This document shows positions 1-8,985 of a DNA stretch of 32,000 nt, piece after piece. The first letter of the stretch is position 1. Every line of letters begins with the position of its first letter. A model generated the notes under the pieces. It did no database searches and had not been told where the DNA came from. It saw only the letters and a list, made by a program, of their open reading frames with translations. The DNA comes from Demequinaceae bacterium (lineage in GTDB: Bacteria > Actinomycetota > Actinomycetes > Actinomycetales > Demequinaceae), in contig OZ252279.1 of NCBI GenBank assembly GCA_965250005.1, positions 90,001 through 122,000 on the forward strand, given 5' to 3'. The position numbers were made by a program, and so were the translations under genes.

Positions 1-2300
1 AACGGGTCGCTCGTCACTCAGCCCGCCCCGCCCCCGCGCGCCGGTTACGCGTTCGACGGCTGGTTCGACGCCTCGAGCGGCGGCTCGGCCTGGGACTTCG
101 GATCCGACACCCTCACCGGCAACGTGACTCTCTACGCGCAGTGGTCCGCTATTCCGTACACACTGGCCTTTGACAGCCAGGGCGGCACACCGGTGACCGC
201 ACAGACGGTGCCGTACGACACGCTCGCCACCGAACCCACCGACCCCACGCGTGGCGGCTACACGTTCGACGGCTGGTACACGCTCAGCTCCGGCGGCGTC
301 GTGTGGGACTTCACGACCGACACCGTGGTCGCGGACGCCACCGTTTACGCGCAATGGACGCCTGTGGACTACACGCTCACGTACGACAGCCAAGGCGGCG
401 ACGCCGTGTCGAGTGAAACCGTCGCGTACGGCGCGCTCGCGACCGAGCCCGTTGACCCGACGCGCACGGGCTATACCTTCGACGGCTGGTCCACCGCCGT
501 ATCCGGCGGAAGCGCGTGGAACTTCGCGACGAACACCATGACGGGTGACCGCACCCTCTACGCCGCGTGGACGCCCGCGTCCTACACCGTCACCTTCGAC
601 ACCCAGGGCGGCAGTAGCGTCCCGGACGAGACCGTCGACTACAACGAGTTCGCGACCGAGCCGAGCGCGCCGACCCGCACAGGTTACGCGTTCGACGGCT
701 GGTTCGACTCCGCCTCCGGTGGGACCGCGTGGGACTTCGACGCGACCACGATCACCGATGACACGACCATCTACGCGCAGTGGACCATCTTGACCAACGT
801 CGTGTCGTTCGATAGCCAGGGCGGCGGTACGGTGCCGAACCAAACCATCGACTACGACGACACTGCCACCGAGCCGACCGAGCCCACCAAGTCCGGCTAC
901 ACCTTCGAAGGCTGGTTCAGCGCTCCGACCGCCGGTACCGAGTGGGACTTCACCACCGACACCGTGGTGACCAGCCTCACGCTGTACGGCCAGTGGACCA
1001 TCGTCACGTACACCGTCAGCTACGACAGCCAAGGTGGTTCCGCCGTGGCGAGCGAGTCCGTCAACTACGGTGGCCTCGCCACCGAGCCCACCGACCCGAC
1101 GCGCACCGGCTACACGTTCGATGACTGGTATTCGGCGTCGTCGGGCGGCTTCGTGTGGGACTTCACCAGCAACACCATCACCGCCGACAAAACGCTCTAC
1201 GCCGCGTGGACCCCGATCGATTACTCCGTCACGTTCGACACGCAGGGCGGCACGGTGGTGTCCGGCCAGACCGTCAGTTACAACACCTTCGCGGCGACGC
1301 CGGCGACACCCACCCGCACCGGCTACACATTCGACGGCTGGTTCGACGCGGCGTCCGGAGGGTCCGAATGGGACTTTGGCACCGACGCGATCACCGATGA
1401 CACCACGATCTACGCGCAGTGGACGATCATCACTAACCCCGTGACGTTCGACAGCCAGGGCGGCAGCGGCGTGTCGAGCCAAACCATCGACTACGACGGC
1501 CTCGTAGTAGAGCCTGTCGACCCGACGTTCACCGGCTTCACGTTTGACGGCTGGTTCGACGCGGCGTCCGGCGGCACCGCATGGGACTTTGGCGCCGACA
1601 CCGTCACGAGCCCGGAAACCTTGTACGCGCAGTGGACAGCGATCACGTACAACGTGACGTACGACAGCCAGGGCGGCTCGGCTGTCAGTTCCGAGACCGT
1701 CGGGTACAACGCACTCGTCACCGAGCCCGCCGACCCGACGCTCACCGGCTACACGTTCGACGGCTGGTTTGACGCTTCGTCGGCCGGGGCGCCGTGGGAC
1801 TTCCCATCCGACTCCGTGCTCGCGGACACGACCCTGTACGCGCAGTGGACAGCAATCGACTACACCGTGTCGTACTCGAGCCAGGGCGGTTCCGCCGTCG
1901 CGAGCGAGACCGTCGCGTTCAACGGCATGGCGACCGAGCCGTCCGACCCGACTCGACCCGGCTACACATTTCTGGGCTGGTTCGACTCGGCGTCCGGTGG
2001 ATCGGTGTGGGACTTCACGGGCACGTCCGTGTCGGGCGACATGACGTTGTACGCCCACTGGAGCGCGATCGACTACACCGTCACGTTCGATAGCCAGGGC
2101 GGAAGCGCGGAGGCGGCCCAGACCGTCAACTACGACGACCTCGTTGCCGAGCCCTCCGACGCCACGCTTTCCGGGTACACATTCCTCGGCTGGTTCGACG
2201 CGGCGTCCGGTGGCACGCTGTGGGACTTCGCGGCGGACGGGGTCACCGGCGACGTTACGCTCTACGCGCACTGGGCGCTGCTCGTCAACGTATCCTTCGT
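1..2300 (+). repeat. Tandem in-frame 213-bp (71-aa) coding repeats, diverged between units
   Basis: SQGG and LYAQW motifs recur every 71 residues in the units counted by eye. Confidence 0.85.
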
Positions 2301-2625
2301 CAACGGCGCTGACACCATTCCGTCGCAGCTCGTGATCGTGGGCGGCTATGCCGTCCCGCCGTCGACGCCCGTGCGGGACGGATACACCTTCTTGGGATGG
2401 TTCACCGATCCGACCGGGGGCGACGAGTGGGACTTCGCCGTCGATCCCGCCACCGGCGACATCGTGTTGCACGCCCACTGGGAGCGGGACACGCTAGCGG
2501 CCACGGGTGCGCCCGTCGACCGCCAGGTCACGTGGGCGCTTGGATTGCTGCTCGGGGGATTCCTCCTGCTGATGCTTGGCCGCTGGCGCCGCACGCGGCT
2601 CCTGGGCATGAACGACCCCGCCTAG
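1..2625 (+). CDS. InlB B-repeat (Listeria-Bacteroides repeat) surface protein, 5' partial, C-terminal LAATG sortase-like signal plus TM helix and basic tail
   Basis: Frame is open from base 1. About ten 71-aa units (Y/FDSQGG...GYTFDGWFDA.SGG..WDF..D......LYAQW) followed by DTLAATG...WALGLLLGGFLLLMLGRWRRTRLL. Confidence 0.92.
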   Translation, partial: NGSLVTQPAPPPRAGYAFDGWFDASSGGSAWDFGSDTLTGNVTLYAQWSAIPYTLAFDSQGGTPVTAQTVPYDTLATEPTDPTRGGYTFDGWYTLSSGGVVWDFTTDTVVADATVYAQWTPVDYTLTYDSQGGDAVSSETVAYGALATEPVDPTRTGYTFDGWSTAVSGGSAWNFATNTMTGDRTLYAAWTPASYTVTFDTQGGSSVPDETVDYNEFATEPSAPTRTGYAFDGWFDSASGGTAWDFDATTITDDTTIYAQWTILTNVVSFDSQGGGTVPNQTIDYDDTATEPTEPTKSGYTFEGWFSAPTAGTEWDFTTDTVVTSLTLYGQWTIVTYTVSYDSQGGSAVASESVNYGGLATEPTDPTRTGYTFDDWYSASSGGFVWDFTSNTITADKTLYAAWTPIDYSVTFDTQGGTVVSGQTVSYNTFAATPATPTRTGYTFDGWFDAASGGSEWDFGTDAITDDTTIYAQWTIITNPVTFDSQGGSGVSSQTIDYDGLVVEPVDPTFTGFTFDGWFDAASGGTAWDFGADTVTSPETLYAQWTAITYNVTYDSQGGSAVSSETVGYNALVTEPADPTLTGYTFDGWFDASSAGAPWDFPSDSVLADTTLYAQWTAIDYTVSYSSQGGSAVASETVAFNGMATEPSDPTRPGYTFLGWFDSASGGSVWDFTGTSVSGDMTLYAHWSAIDYTVTFDSQGGSAEAAQTVNYDDLVAEPSDATLSGYTFLGWFDAASGGTLWDFAADGVTGDVTLYAHWALLVNVSFVNGADTIPSQLVIVGGYAVPPSTPVRDGYTFLGWFTDPTGGDEWDFAVDPATGDIVLHAHWERDTLAATGAPVDRQVTWALGLLLGGFLLLMLGRWRRTRLLGMNDPA

Positions 2626-2750
2626 GCACCTTCCACGTCTTCCAGCTGCTCGAGCGTGTGGCGGATCTCCACCAGGTTGCTAGCGGCCGCCATAACCTTG
2701 TCGTCGTCCTTGTAGGCGCCCGGTATCTCGTCGATGAACGCGCCGGAGTC
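2622..2750 (-). pseudogene. C-terminal remnant resembling an RtcB-family RNA ligase
   Basis: DSGAFIDEIPGAYKDDDKVMAAASNLVEIRHTLEQLEDVEGA* resembles the RtcB C-terminus (DE.PGAYKDID.VMAAQ.DLVEVVHTL....VKG). No RtcB body is visible upstream in any minus frame. Confidence 0.5.
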
Positions 2751-2973
2751 CCGGTGACTGCCACCGTGGAGCCGTACGCGTTCGGGACGGCGTTCGTCAC
2801 GACCGTCGGCTACTACTACGCGAACTTCCCCGGCTACACCCAGTCCACGTGGGCCACGGGCGGAGAGAACTACGCGAGCGCCGCGATCGCCGCCCATTCA
2901 CCACCGAGTGTAGAGCCGGTCCTCGGGCCCGCGACGCGTCGCTGAGTAGTTTCACCCTTATCCCAGCCGGACG

Positions 2974-3312
2974 TTACCGCGGCAAGTTGGGGCCGGGCGC
3001 GTACATCTCGCGCCAGCCTTCGGGCAGCCCGCTTTGCGTGTGCTGGGGGATCCACCCGACCAGCGCCAGTTTGAAGCCGTGCGCCATCGCGGCGCCACCG
3101 CCGCGGCCCGCCGCCTGAGCGACCGAAACGCCGAGGACCCACATCGCTCCCGCCGCGACGGCAATGGTGGCGACGAAGAACGCAGGCATCGCGTCCCTGG
3201 CGCCTTGCGTGATCAGCACGCCCATCCCGCCGATGGCGAGCACGAACCAGCCGAGCGCGATGACAACGTACGTGCGCTGCGCGGCCTTGGACCAGGTCTT
3301 GAAACGGATCAT
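2974..3312 (-). CDS. Small membrane protein (paralogue A)
   Basis: 112 aa with two hydrophobic segments; close paralogue at 8686-8985. Confidence 0.8.
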   Translation of the reverse strand: MIRFKTWSKAAQRTYVVIALGWFVLAIGGMGVLITQGARDAMPAFFVATIAVAAGAMWVLGVSVAQAAGRGGGAAMAHGFKLALVGWIPQHTQSGLPEGWREMYAPGPNLPR

Positions 3313-3580
3313 GTGTTCAGGTTCTCACGCGGAGTGCGGTCTGTGCCGCGCTATTGGGAACCGGCAGTCCGATCCCCACGTGTCCGTGACTCCCAGTCCT
3401 CGACCCAGTCCGCCGGATAGTTCGGTACTGAGTGTTCGCCGCGCATCGGCTGCCTGCCGAACGAAGGTGGAGACCTCGAGGTCTCTCACGAACTGCGCCC
3501 TGTCCCGGTTACGGGCGGCCCGAAGGCTGCGCGGCCTAGCCACGCCCAAGCGCCTTCGCGTGGAGCCTGCCTCCGGGCGC

Positions 3581-3609
3581 TTGACGGGGGCACTCGTTCA
3601 CACTAGGTT
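3581..3609 (+). promoter_or_regulatory. Predicted promoter TTGACG-N17-TAGGTT, placing the TSS at the GTG start of the 3616 ORF
   Basis: -35 at 3581-3586, 17-nt spacer, -10 at 3604-3609, six nt before GTG at 3616. Confidence 0.6.
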
Positions 3610-3615
3610 CGCCAC

Positions 3616-4386
3616 GTGACAACGCCGACTACACCGAGCGCCGAGGCGCCACTGCCCGGAACCCCTCCCGTGCACGGCACTAAGCCGTCACATGGTTACG
3701 GGGAACTCCTCGGGTCGATGCCCGCGCCCGTCGAGGTGAAGAGGCGCAACGCCACTAGCATCGTGCGGTGGATGTCCGGCGGCATCGTGCTCCTCGTGGT
3801 ACTTCTGATTGCTGGCGCGGTGTTCCTTTTCAAGTCGAGCTTCTCTGACGAATCTCCGAACTATGCGGACGAGCCCGTGTCCGCACAGGTTGCGCCCGCT
3901 GTTGGCTGGGTGCAGGTCACCGATTCTCAGTCCCGCCTCGCCTTCGACGTGCCCGCCCACTGGCGCGACGCGACCGAGGTAGTGCCGGGATCCGATGCAC
4001 TGATTGATTCCTCTCCAGACGTGGAGCAGGTGCGCGCGTGGCTCGCCGGTGACGGCGTCAGCGAGCCACTGATGCTGGTCTCGGTTTTTGCCAGCACCGA
4101 CCCGGTGCCTCTTCCAGGCAAAATCCACGCAGAATCCTTCCTGCTCGGGGTCGAGGCAACCGCAGGTCCCCTGACCGTTGAAGATTCCGCGGCGATCACT
4201 ACGTCAAACGGGCTGGTGGGTCATTGGATCACCTATCGAATCTCGGTATCGGGGGATGACGCGGACGGCGCGGTAGTGGCATTGACCCACGGAACAACCG
4301 CGTTCATTCTCTCGGTAACTGCCTACGAGTCGGACGTGGACCCCGAACTCATCAACGAGATAGTCGAGACTGTTCGCATCGACTAG
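3616..4386 (+). CDS. Hypothetical single-pass membrane protein with extracytoplasmic C-terminal domain
   Basis: 256 aa; Pro-rich cytoplasmic N-term, TM (GGIVLLVVLLIAGAVFLF), then a soluble domain; strong upstream promoter. Confidence 0.8.
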   Translation: MTTPTTPSAEAPLPGTPPVHGTKPSHGYGELLGSMPAPVEVKRRNATSIVRWMSGGIVLLVVLLIAGAVFLFKSSFSDESPNYADEPVSAQVAPAVGWVQVTDSQSRLAFDVPAHWRDATEVVPGSDALIDSSPDVEQVRAWLAGDGVSEPLMLVSVFASTDPVPLPGKIHAESFLLGVEATAGPLTVEDSAAITTSNGLVGHWITYRISVSGDDADGAVVALTHGTTAFILSVTAYESDVDPELINEIVETVRID

Positions 4387-4590
4387 ATTGCGCAACTCAC
4401 GCGCGAACGAGGGCGTTGTGGCACGCTATTGCCCGAGCACCCGTCTGGCGATTGGGTCCTCTCACAGCCGCAAGCGCCCACCCCGTGCAGATCCAGGGCG
4501 ATCACCCGCGCTCGCGCAGATCTGAAGGTTTGTGTACTTTGACCCGATGTTGCAATCGCAAGTTGTCGGAAGCGAAGGAGCTCACTGGAC

Positions 4591-5841
4591 ATGAATTCGA
4601 GTCGCGTCAAAGAGTTCACAGTTTCACTCGGCACCGTCACCGCGACTGCCGCGTTCGTTACCCTCATCGTGTTTGCCGCACTCGCATTCAATCACGTCGA
4701 ACTCGGGGTCAACTTGGCGGTGTCCGGGCTCTTGTTGGGCATGTTGATCCCCGTCGGACTTGAGGTTCGATCCCGATCATCGCGGCCGCGTCGAATACTA
4801 TTCCTGGACTTCCGGCGCCATCAATACGGTCAAGGTGTTGCTTCCGGCGCCCTGCGGGTCCTTCATGCGGACAAGCGCCAGTGGCTTGTCGATGTAAAAC
4901 AGCCTGAGGCGGCTGATGGCAAAGGATCTGTGCAATGGCAAATCCGGGAAATCGAATTGGCCATCATTGACAACATCGATGGCGTGATCATCATCCCGGC
5001 GGAAGACAGCGACGAACTCTGGCACGCTCTCGCGACGCTCGTTAAATCCAACGCGATGGTGATTGCGCTTGACAGCAAGCCCCCAAATGCCGTTTATCGC
5101 CGTGTCGGTCTTGACCCGCCGCGCTTTGTCTCGGCACGTTACGAAAAAACTGGCACCCTGATCGGTAACTGGCTCGCCGATTGGATGCTCGAGGATCCTG
5201 AGAGGACCTGCATTCTGTGGATCGGACCCGAGGGCAGTTGGGCTGGAGAAGAGCGGAGCCGCCAGATTATCTACTGCCTCGTGAAGGCTGGCGTCCAGGA
5301 CCGGATGAGGCTGCAGCCAATCAACAACTGGATGCCGACTCCCGAACGGTGCAATGAAACCCTCGACGTCATTGAGGCATCGGACGGACAAGTGGCGATC
5401 TATTGTGCTGACGACGAGAACGCGCTCGCTCTCCACCTGATGACCCTGACCGACCGGACGCCGCTCCGCTCCCAAATGCGCATTGTCGGATGCAACGCGA
5501 CTCCAGACGACTGGGGAAACATCCCAGCCGTAGACATGCACGCTGTCGACGTGACTGTCGATATTCTCGCTCAAGAGCAGGGCGCGGAGGCGGCACGGCT
5601 GCTCGTGCTTGAACGGTACGGAAAGTTGTCATCCACGCAACGGAGCGTCTACATTGCCCCGCACATCCTGGTTCCGGGGGCACGGGAAGTCCGCTGGCTG
5701 GACCGGATCTTTGACGGTCACGATGTTGAGATCGCTACTCCTGCTCCTCCTACGCCAGGGGAGGCCCCCAGCGAGCCAAGCATTCCGGTGGTCACCACTC
5801 GCCACAACACCAAGAAGCGCGACAAAGGGACTCCCTCGTAG
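4591..5841 (+). CDS. Membrane-anchored (N-terminal TM hairpin) type-1 periplasmic-binding-protein/LacI-like substrate-binding domain protein
   Basis: Two N-terminal hydrophobic segments, a basic stretch, then a PBP1-like fold signature (NIDGVIIIPAEDSDELWHALATLVKSNAMVIALDS; QVAIYCADDENALALHLMTL; RIVGCNATPDDW). GGAG upstream of ATG. Confidence 0.75.
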   Translation: MNSSRVKEFTVSLGTVTATAAFVTLIVFAALAFNHVELGVNLAVSGLLLGMLIPVGLEVRSRSSRPRRILFLDFRRHQYGQGVASGALRVLHADKRQWLVDVKQPEAADGKGSVQWQIREIELAIIDNIDGVIIIPAEDSDELWHALATLVKSNAMVIALDSKPPNAVYRRVGLDPPRFVSARYEKTGTLIGNWLADWMLEDPERTCILWIGPEGSWAGEERSRQIIYCLVKAGVQDRMRLQPINNWMPTPERCNETLDVIEASDGQVAIYCADDENALALHLMTLTDRTPLRSQMRIVGCNATPDDWGNIPAVDMHAVDVTVDILAQEQGAEAARLLVLERYGKLSSTQRSVYIAPHILVPGAREVRWLDRIFDGHDVEIATPAPPTPGEAPSEPSIPVVTTRHNTKKRDKGTPS

Positions 5842-6082
5842 CGATTGCCAGAGGCGCTCGAAATCCGGTAATAATGGGGGCGAGATCAGCAATGATGCGG
5901 CAGAGGCATTCTTGGCAATGCTTCGCCAGGTCACGGATGTCGCCGATGGGGCCGCCGTATCCGCCGCGAACATGATCCCCGTGGCCCCGGCGGCGAAGAT
6001 GTAGGTTCAATCGAGACCCGCAACCCTCGCAAACCTCTCGTTCCGGTCGCGGATTGACCGGATCAGGGCTACATTTCGGCCT

Positions 6083-8689
6083 ATGGTGTTCCTTGAAGAC
6101 AAGAGCCCGGTGCAGGTGCCACCTGACACGATCGAACTACGTGTCCACGGGGTGTCCGGGACGCCCCCGGACACCATGCTCAAGTCCCCGGTGGTGCGGG
6201 TCTCCGGGGATGAGGACTCCGGCTTCTATCGCAAGCCCGGAGAGACGAACGCCACGGGCGTGTCCGAGGCGTACAGCTGGAGCGGGCTCACCAGCGGCGC
6301 CCGGATCACCGCGTACTGGCTGCTGCTCTTACCGTTCTCGCTCATCAACGTAGCCGGCTGGGCCATTCCCACGCAGCCCGTCGAGGGCGGCAGAGTCAAG
6401 GGCGAGAAGGACGGCACGGCACGCTCGCGCCGCACCAAGAAGCGCTGGATCAAAGTGCGCGGCGCCATCAACCGCGTGCTCGCGTTGCTGCTCTCGGCCG
6501 TGGTCGCCGCAGGGCTGTTCCACCTGTCATTCCTTGTCTTTGGGCCCAGTGATACGTACCCAGGGGGGCTGCTGTCGTGGGGCGTGCGCCTGGACCTGCT
6601 CGTGATGCTGGTTGCCGCGAGCGCAATCCCGTTCGTGCTGTCGCGTTTGGGGCTGTGGTCGGGCCGGGCCACACGCACGCGGCGCACGCCGCGGTACCCC
6701 CCCTCCCGGCCTGCCGCCAAACCCGGGAAGCAGCCCGGCCTGTTCGCCCGCTTCTTCCACTTTGAAGAGCTCGATCTCGAGATGGACGTGACGGCGCACC
6801 CGTCCATCCAGCCAAGCAAGGATGTCAAGGGCCTGGCCGATCGCCAAGAGAAGGCCCGCAAGAAGGGCGCCGCATACGACGAGGAGGCGGACAGCGCCGC
6901 CCACGCTTGGCGGCGCTGGGACAGCCAAGTGTTCATCCGCAAACTCGCATTCGTGCACCGGATCATGGTGCTGTCGATCGTGGTGCTCTGCTACGGCGCG
7001 GTGCTGCTTGGCACTGCCGAGTCGGCATCAGGGCACGACGCTCTCGTCGCCCCCGCGCGCGTGCTCATTGCTTTGTCCGCGATCACGGTCGTCCTTTGCA
7101 TCGTCACCGTGGTGGCGATGGACCAGGCGAACGGGGGGCCCCTGCGGTGGCTCGTGTTTGCCACCGTGAACCTTGGCCGCATCGCGTGGGCCGGCGCCGT
7201 TGTTGTGACATTCACCGCGGAGCTACCCGACGCGATGGGGTCCGACAACCCCGTGACCACCACGGGCATCTGGTTACTTGCGGCTACCGCAATCCTGCTG
7301 ATCTCCCTGTGGGCCCTCGACTTTGCCCTGTGCACCGACACCCACCTGCGCACGTCGCGCTTCTACTCAGCGGCGCTCTCGTCCGCCGCGTTCTTTGTGG
7401 TGATCCCCCCGTATGCGCTCGCGATCCTCGCGATCGATCGGTTGTTGATCGACGGCGTCGAGGTCGGGTGGATCAGCATCGCCGTCCCCGCGTCCACGGC
7501 GCTGTTCCTGCTCATTGCCATGCGCTTCCTCTGGGTTGCGGACTTTGTTGGCCGCAAGCGTGTCCGCCCGCGCGCGGCGAAGGCCGATCCGTACTCGCGT
7601 GAGGATGCCGCGTACCTGACACAGAAGCATCGGCGCGTCGGCACCCGCGAGGGGGTGGACACCGCTGGCGACACGATTCGCGGTGCAGTCCCAGCGTGGC
7701 TGCTCGTAGCGCTGGTGGCGGCGATCGTGAATGCGGCCGGCAGCGTGCTCGGGTTTGAGTCTGCTCTCGGAGAGCCCGCCGTCGGCATGGCCCTGGTCGT
7801 TGCGCTGTCTGCGGCGCTGGTGGGCGTGGCACTGCTCGACGACCGGCAGCGAGTAGCGGGCTTGACGGCGCTCGCAATCCTGGGTGGGACGTCGGCCGCG
7901 TTGTACTTGTTAGAGCCGAAGTGGGCCGCGTGGTTTATCGACGCGCTGGAGCGGACGGCCGATTGGCTGGTGGTCGCTGTCATTTGGGGGTCGGTCGCTG
8001 TGCCGGGCCTGGGGATCCTGTGGTTCCTGCTTCGTGGGTCCAAAGAGCGCGACGCACGCAAGGGCGTGGGGCTGCTGTGGGACGTTGTGAACTTCTGGCC
8101 GCGCTTCTACCACCCGTGGGCGCCCCCCGCATATGCCCACCGCGCCGCCGAGGACCTGGTTGCGCGCATCGAGACGCTCGTGGACAGCAGCCCCAAGTCC
8201 GGCAAGGCGCACAAGCTCAAGGTGGTCGTTAGCGCCCACAGCCAGGGCGCGACTGTCGTGTTTCCCGCGCTTGCGACGCTCGCTGTGGTGCGCCCGGACC
8301 TGCGCGACAACGTCAGACTGCTCACGTACGGGTGCATGCTCGAGACCCTTTACGAACGCATCACGCCCGCATTCTTTGGCCCCGCGGGGATCAGGGGCAT
8401 GGACCGGCGGCTCGAGCACCGGTGGATACACCTGTACCGCCGCACCGACTGGTTGGGGCAGCCCATCTGCACTCTAGGCGATCGCAACATCGAGGTGCCG
8501 TCGTACGAGGAGGTCACGGAGGACGAGGCCCTGTCACACGAGAATTACCAGTACAGCGACCGCTACCAGGTCGCGCTTATCGAGCTGGCGAAGCGGGGCA
8601 AGACGTCGATGCCCGCGAAGTACCGTGGGCCACAGTCCGACCCACGCGACCCTGACGAGGACCTCGCGCCCGCATGCTCGCCCGACTAG
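6083..8689 (+). CDS. Large polytopic membrane protein with C-terminal alpha/beta-hydrolase-like domain
   Basis: N-term IELRVHGVSGTPPDTML...RVSGDEDSGFYRKPGE; many TM segments; C-term VVVSAHSQGATVVFPAL (S-x-G nucleophile-elbow type). Confidence 0.75.
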   Translation: MVFLEDKSPVQVPPDTIELRVHGVSGTPPDTMLKSPVVRVSGDEDSGFYRKPGETNATGVSEAYSWSGLTSGARITAYWLLLLPFSLINVAGWAIPTQPVEGGRVKGEKDGTARSRRTKKRWIKVRGAINRVLALLLSAVVAAGLFHLSFLVFGPSDTYPGGLLSWGVRLDLLVMLVAASAIPFVLSRLGLWSGRATRTRRTPRYPPSRPAAKPGKQPGLFARFFHFEELDLEMDVTAHPSIQPSKDVKGLADRQEKARKKGAAYDEEADSAAHAWRRWDSQVFIRKLAFVHRIMVLSIVVLCYGAVLLGTAESASGHDALVAPARVLIALSAITVVLCIVTVVAMDQANGGPLRWLVFATVNLGRIAWAGAVVVTFTAELPDAMGSDNPVTTTGIWLLAATAILLISLWALDFALCTDTHLRTSRFYSAALSSAAFFVVIPPYALAILAIDRLLIDGVEVGWISIAVPASTALFLLIAMRFLWVADFVGRKRVRPRAAKADPYSREDAAYLTQKHRRVGTREGVDTAGDTIRGAVPAWLLVALVAAIVNAAGSVLGFESALGEPAVGMALVVALSAALVGVALLDDRQRVAGLTALAILGGTSAALYLLEPKWAAWFIDALERTADWLVVAVIWGSVAVPGLGILWFLLRGSKERDARKGVGLLWDVVNFWPRFYHPWAPPAYAHRAAEDLVARIETLVDSSPKSGKAHKLKVVVSAHSQGATVVFPALATLAVVRPDLRDNVRLLTYGCMLETLYERITPAFFGPAGIRGMDRRLEHRWIHLYRRTDWLGQPICTLGDRNIEVPSYEEVTEDEALSHENYQYSDRYQVALIELAKRGKTSMPAKYRGPQSDPRDPDEDLAPACSPD

Positions 8690-8985
8690 TTCGGCAGGTC
8701 GGGGTGAGGCGCGTACAACTCGCGCCAGCCTCTTGGCAGGCCGCTCTGTAGGTGCTTGGGGATCCACCCGATCAGCGTTAGCTTGAAGCCGTGCGCCATG
8801 GCCGCACTGCCGCCCCGGCCGGCCCCCTGAGCCACTGAGACGCCGAGGATCCACATCGCCCCCGCTGCCACCAAGATCGAGGCGACGAAGAACGCGGGCA
8901 TCGCGTCCCGGGCGCCTTGCGCCACCAGAACGCCGAGCCCGCCGATGGCGAGCACGAACCAGCCGAGCGCGATGACTACGCACAT
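8686..8985 (-). CDS. Small membrane protein (paralogue B); start codon problematic
   Basis: About 80% identical by eye to paralogue A over the shared region. The conserved N-terminal extension is encoded upstream of the first ATG. Confidence 0.7.
   Translation of the reverse strand: MCVVIALGWFVLAIGGLGVLVAQGARDAMPAFFVASILVAAGAMWILGVSVAQGAGRGGSAAMAHGFKLTLIGWIPKHLQSGLPRGWRELYAPHPDLPN

Noticed and set aside
2946-3600. Mobile-element ends (IS inverted repeats, target-site duplication) around the scar and duplicated gene
   Set aside because: No transposase, no convincing terminal inverted repeats and no short duplication flanking either copy were seen by eye.
6053-6075. Promoter TTGACC...TACATT before the 868-aa gene
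   Set aside because: The spacing between the hexamers is only about 10 nt. TACATT alone, 7 nt before ATG, remains a weak leaderless candidate but is not counted.
6226-6966. Long minus-strand ORF (246 aa) antisense to the membrane hydrolase gene
   Set aside because: Arg/Ser-rich shadow ORF typical of GC-rich antisense frames; the plus frame has clear TM and domain content.
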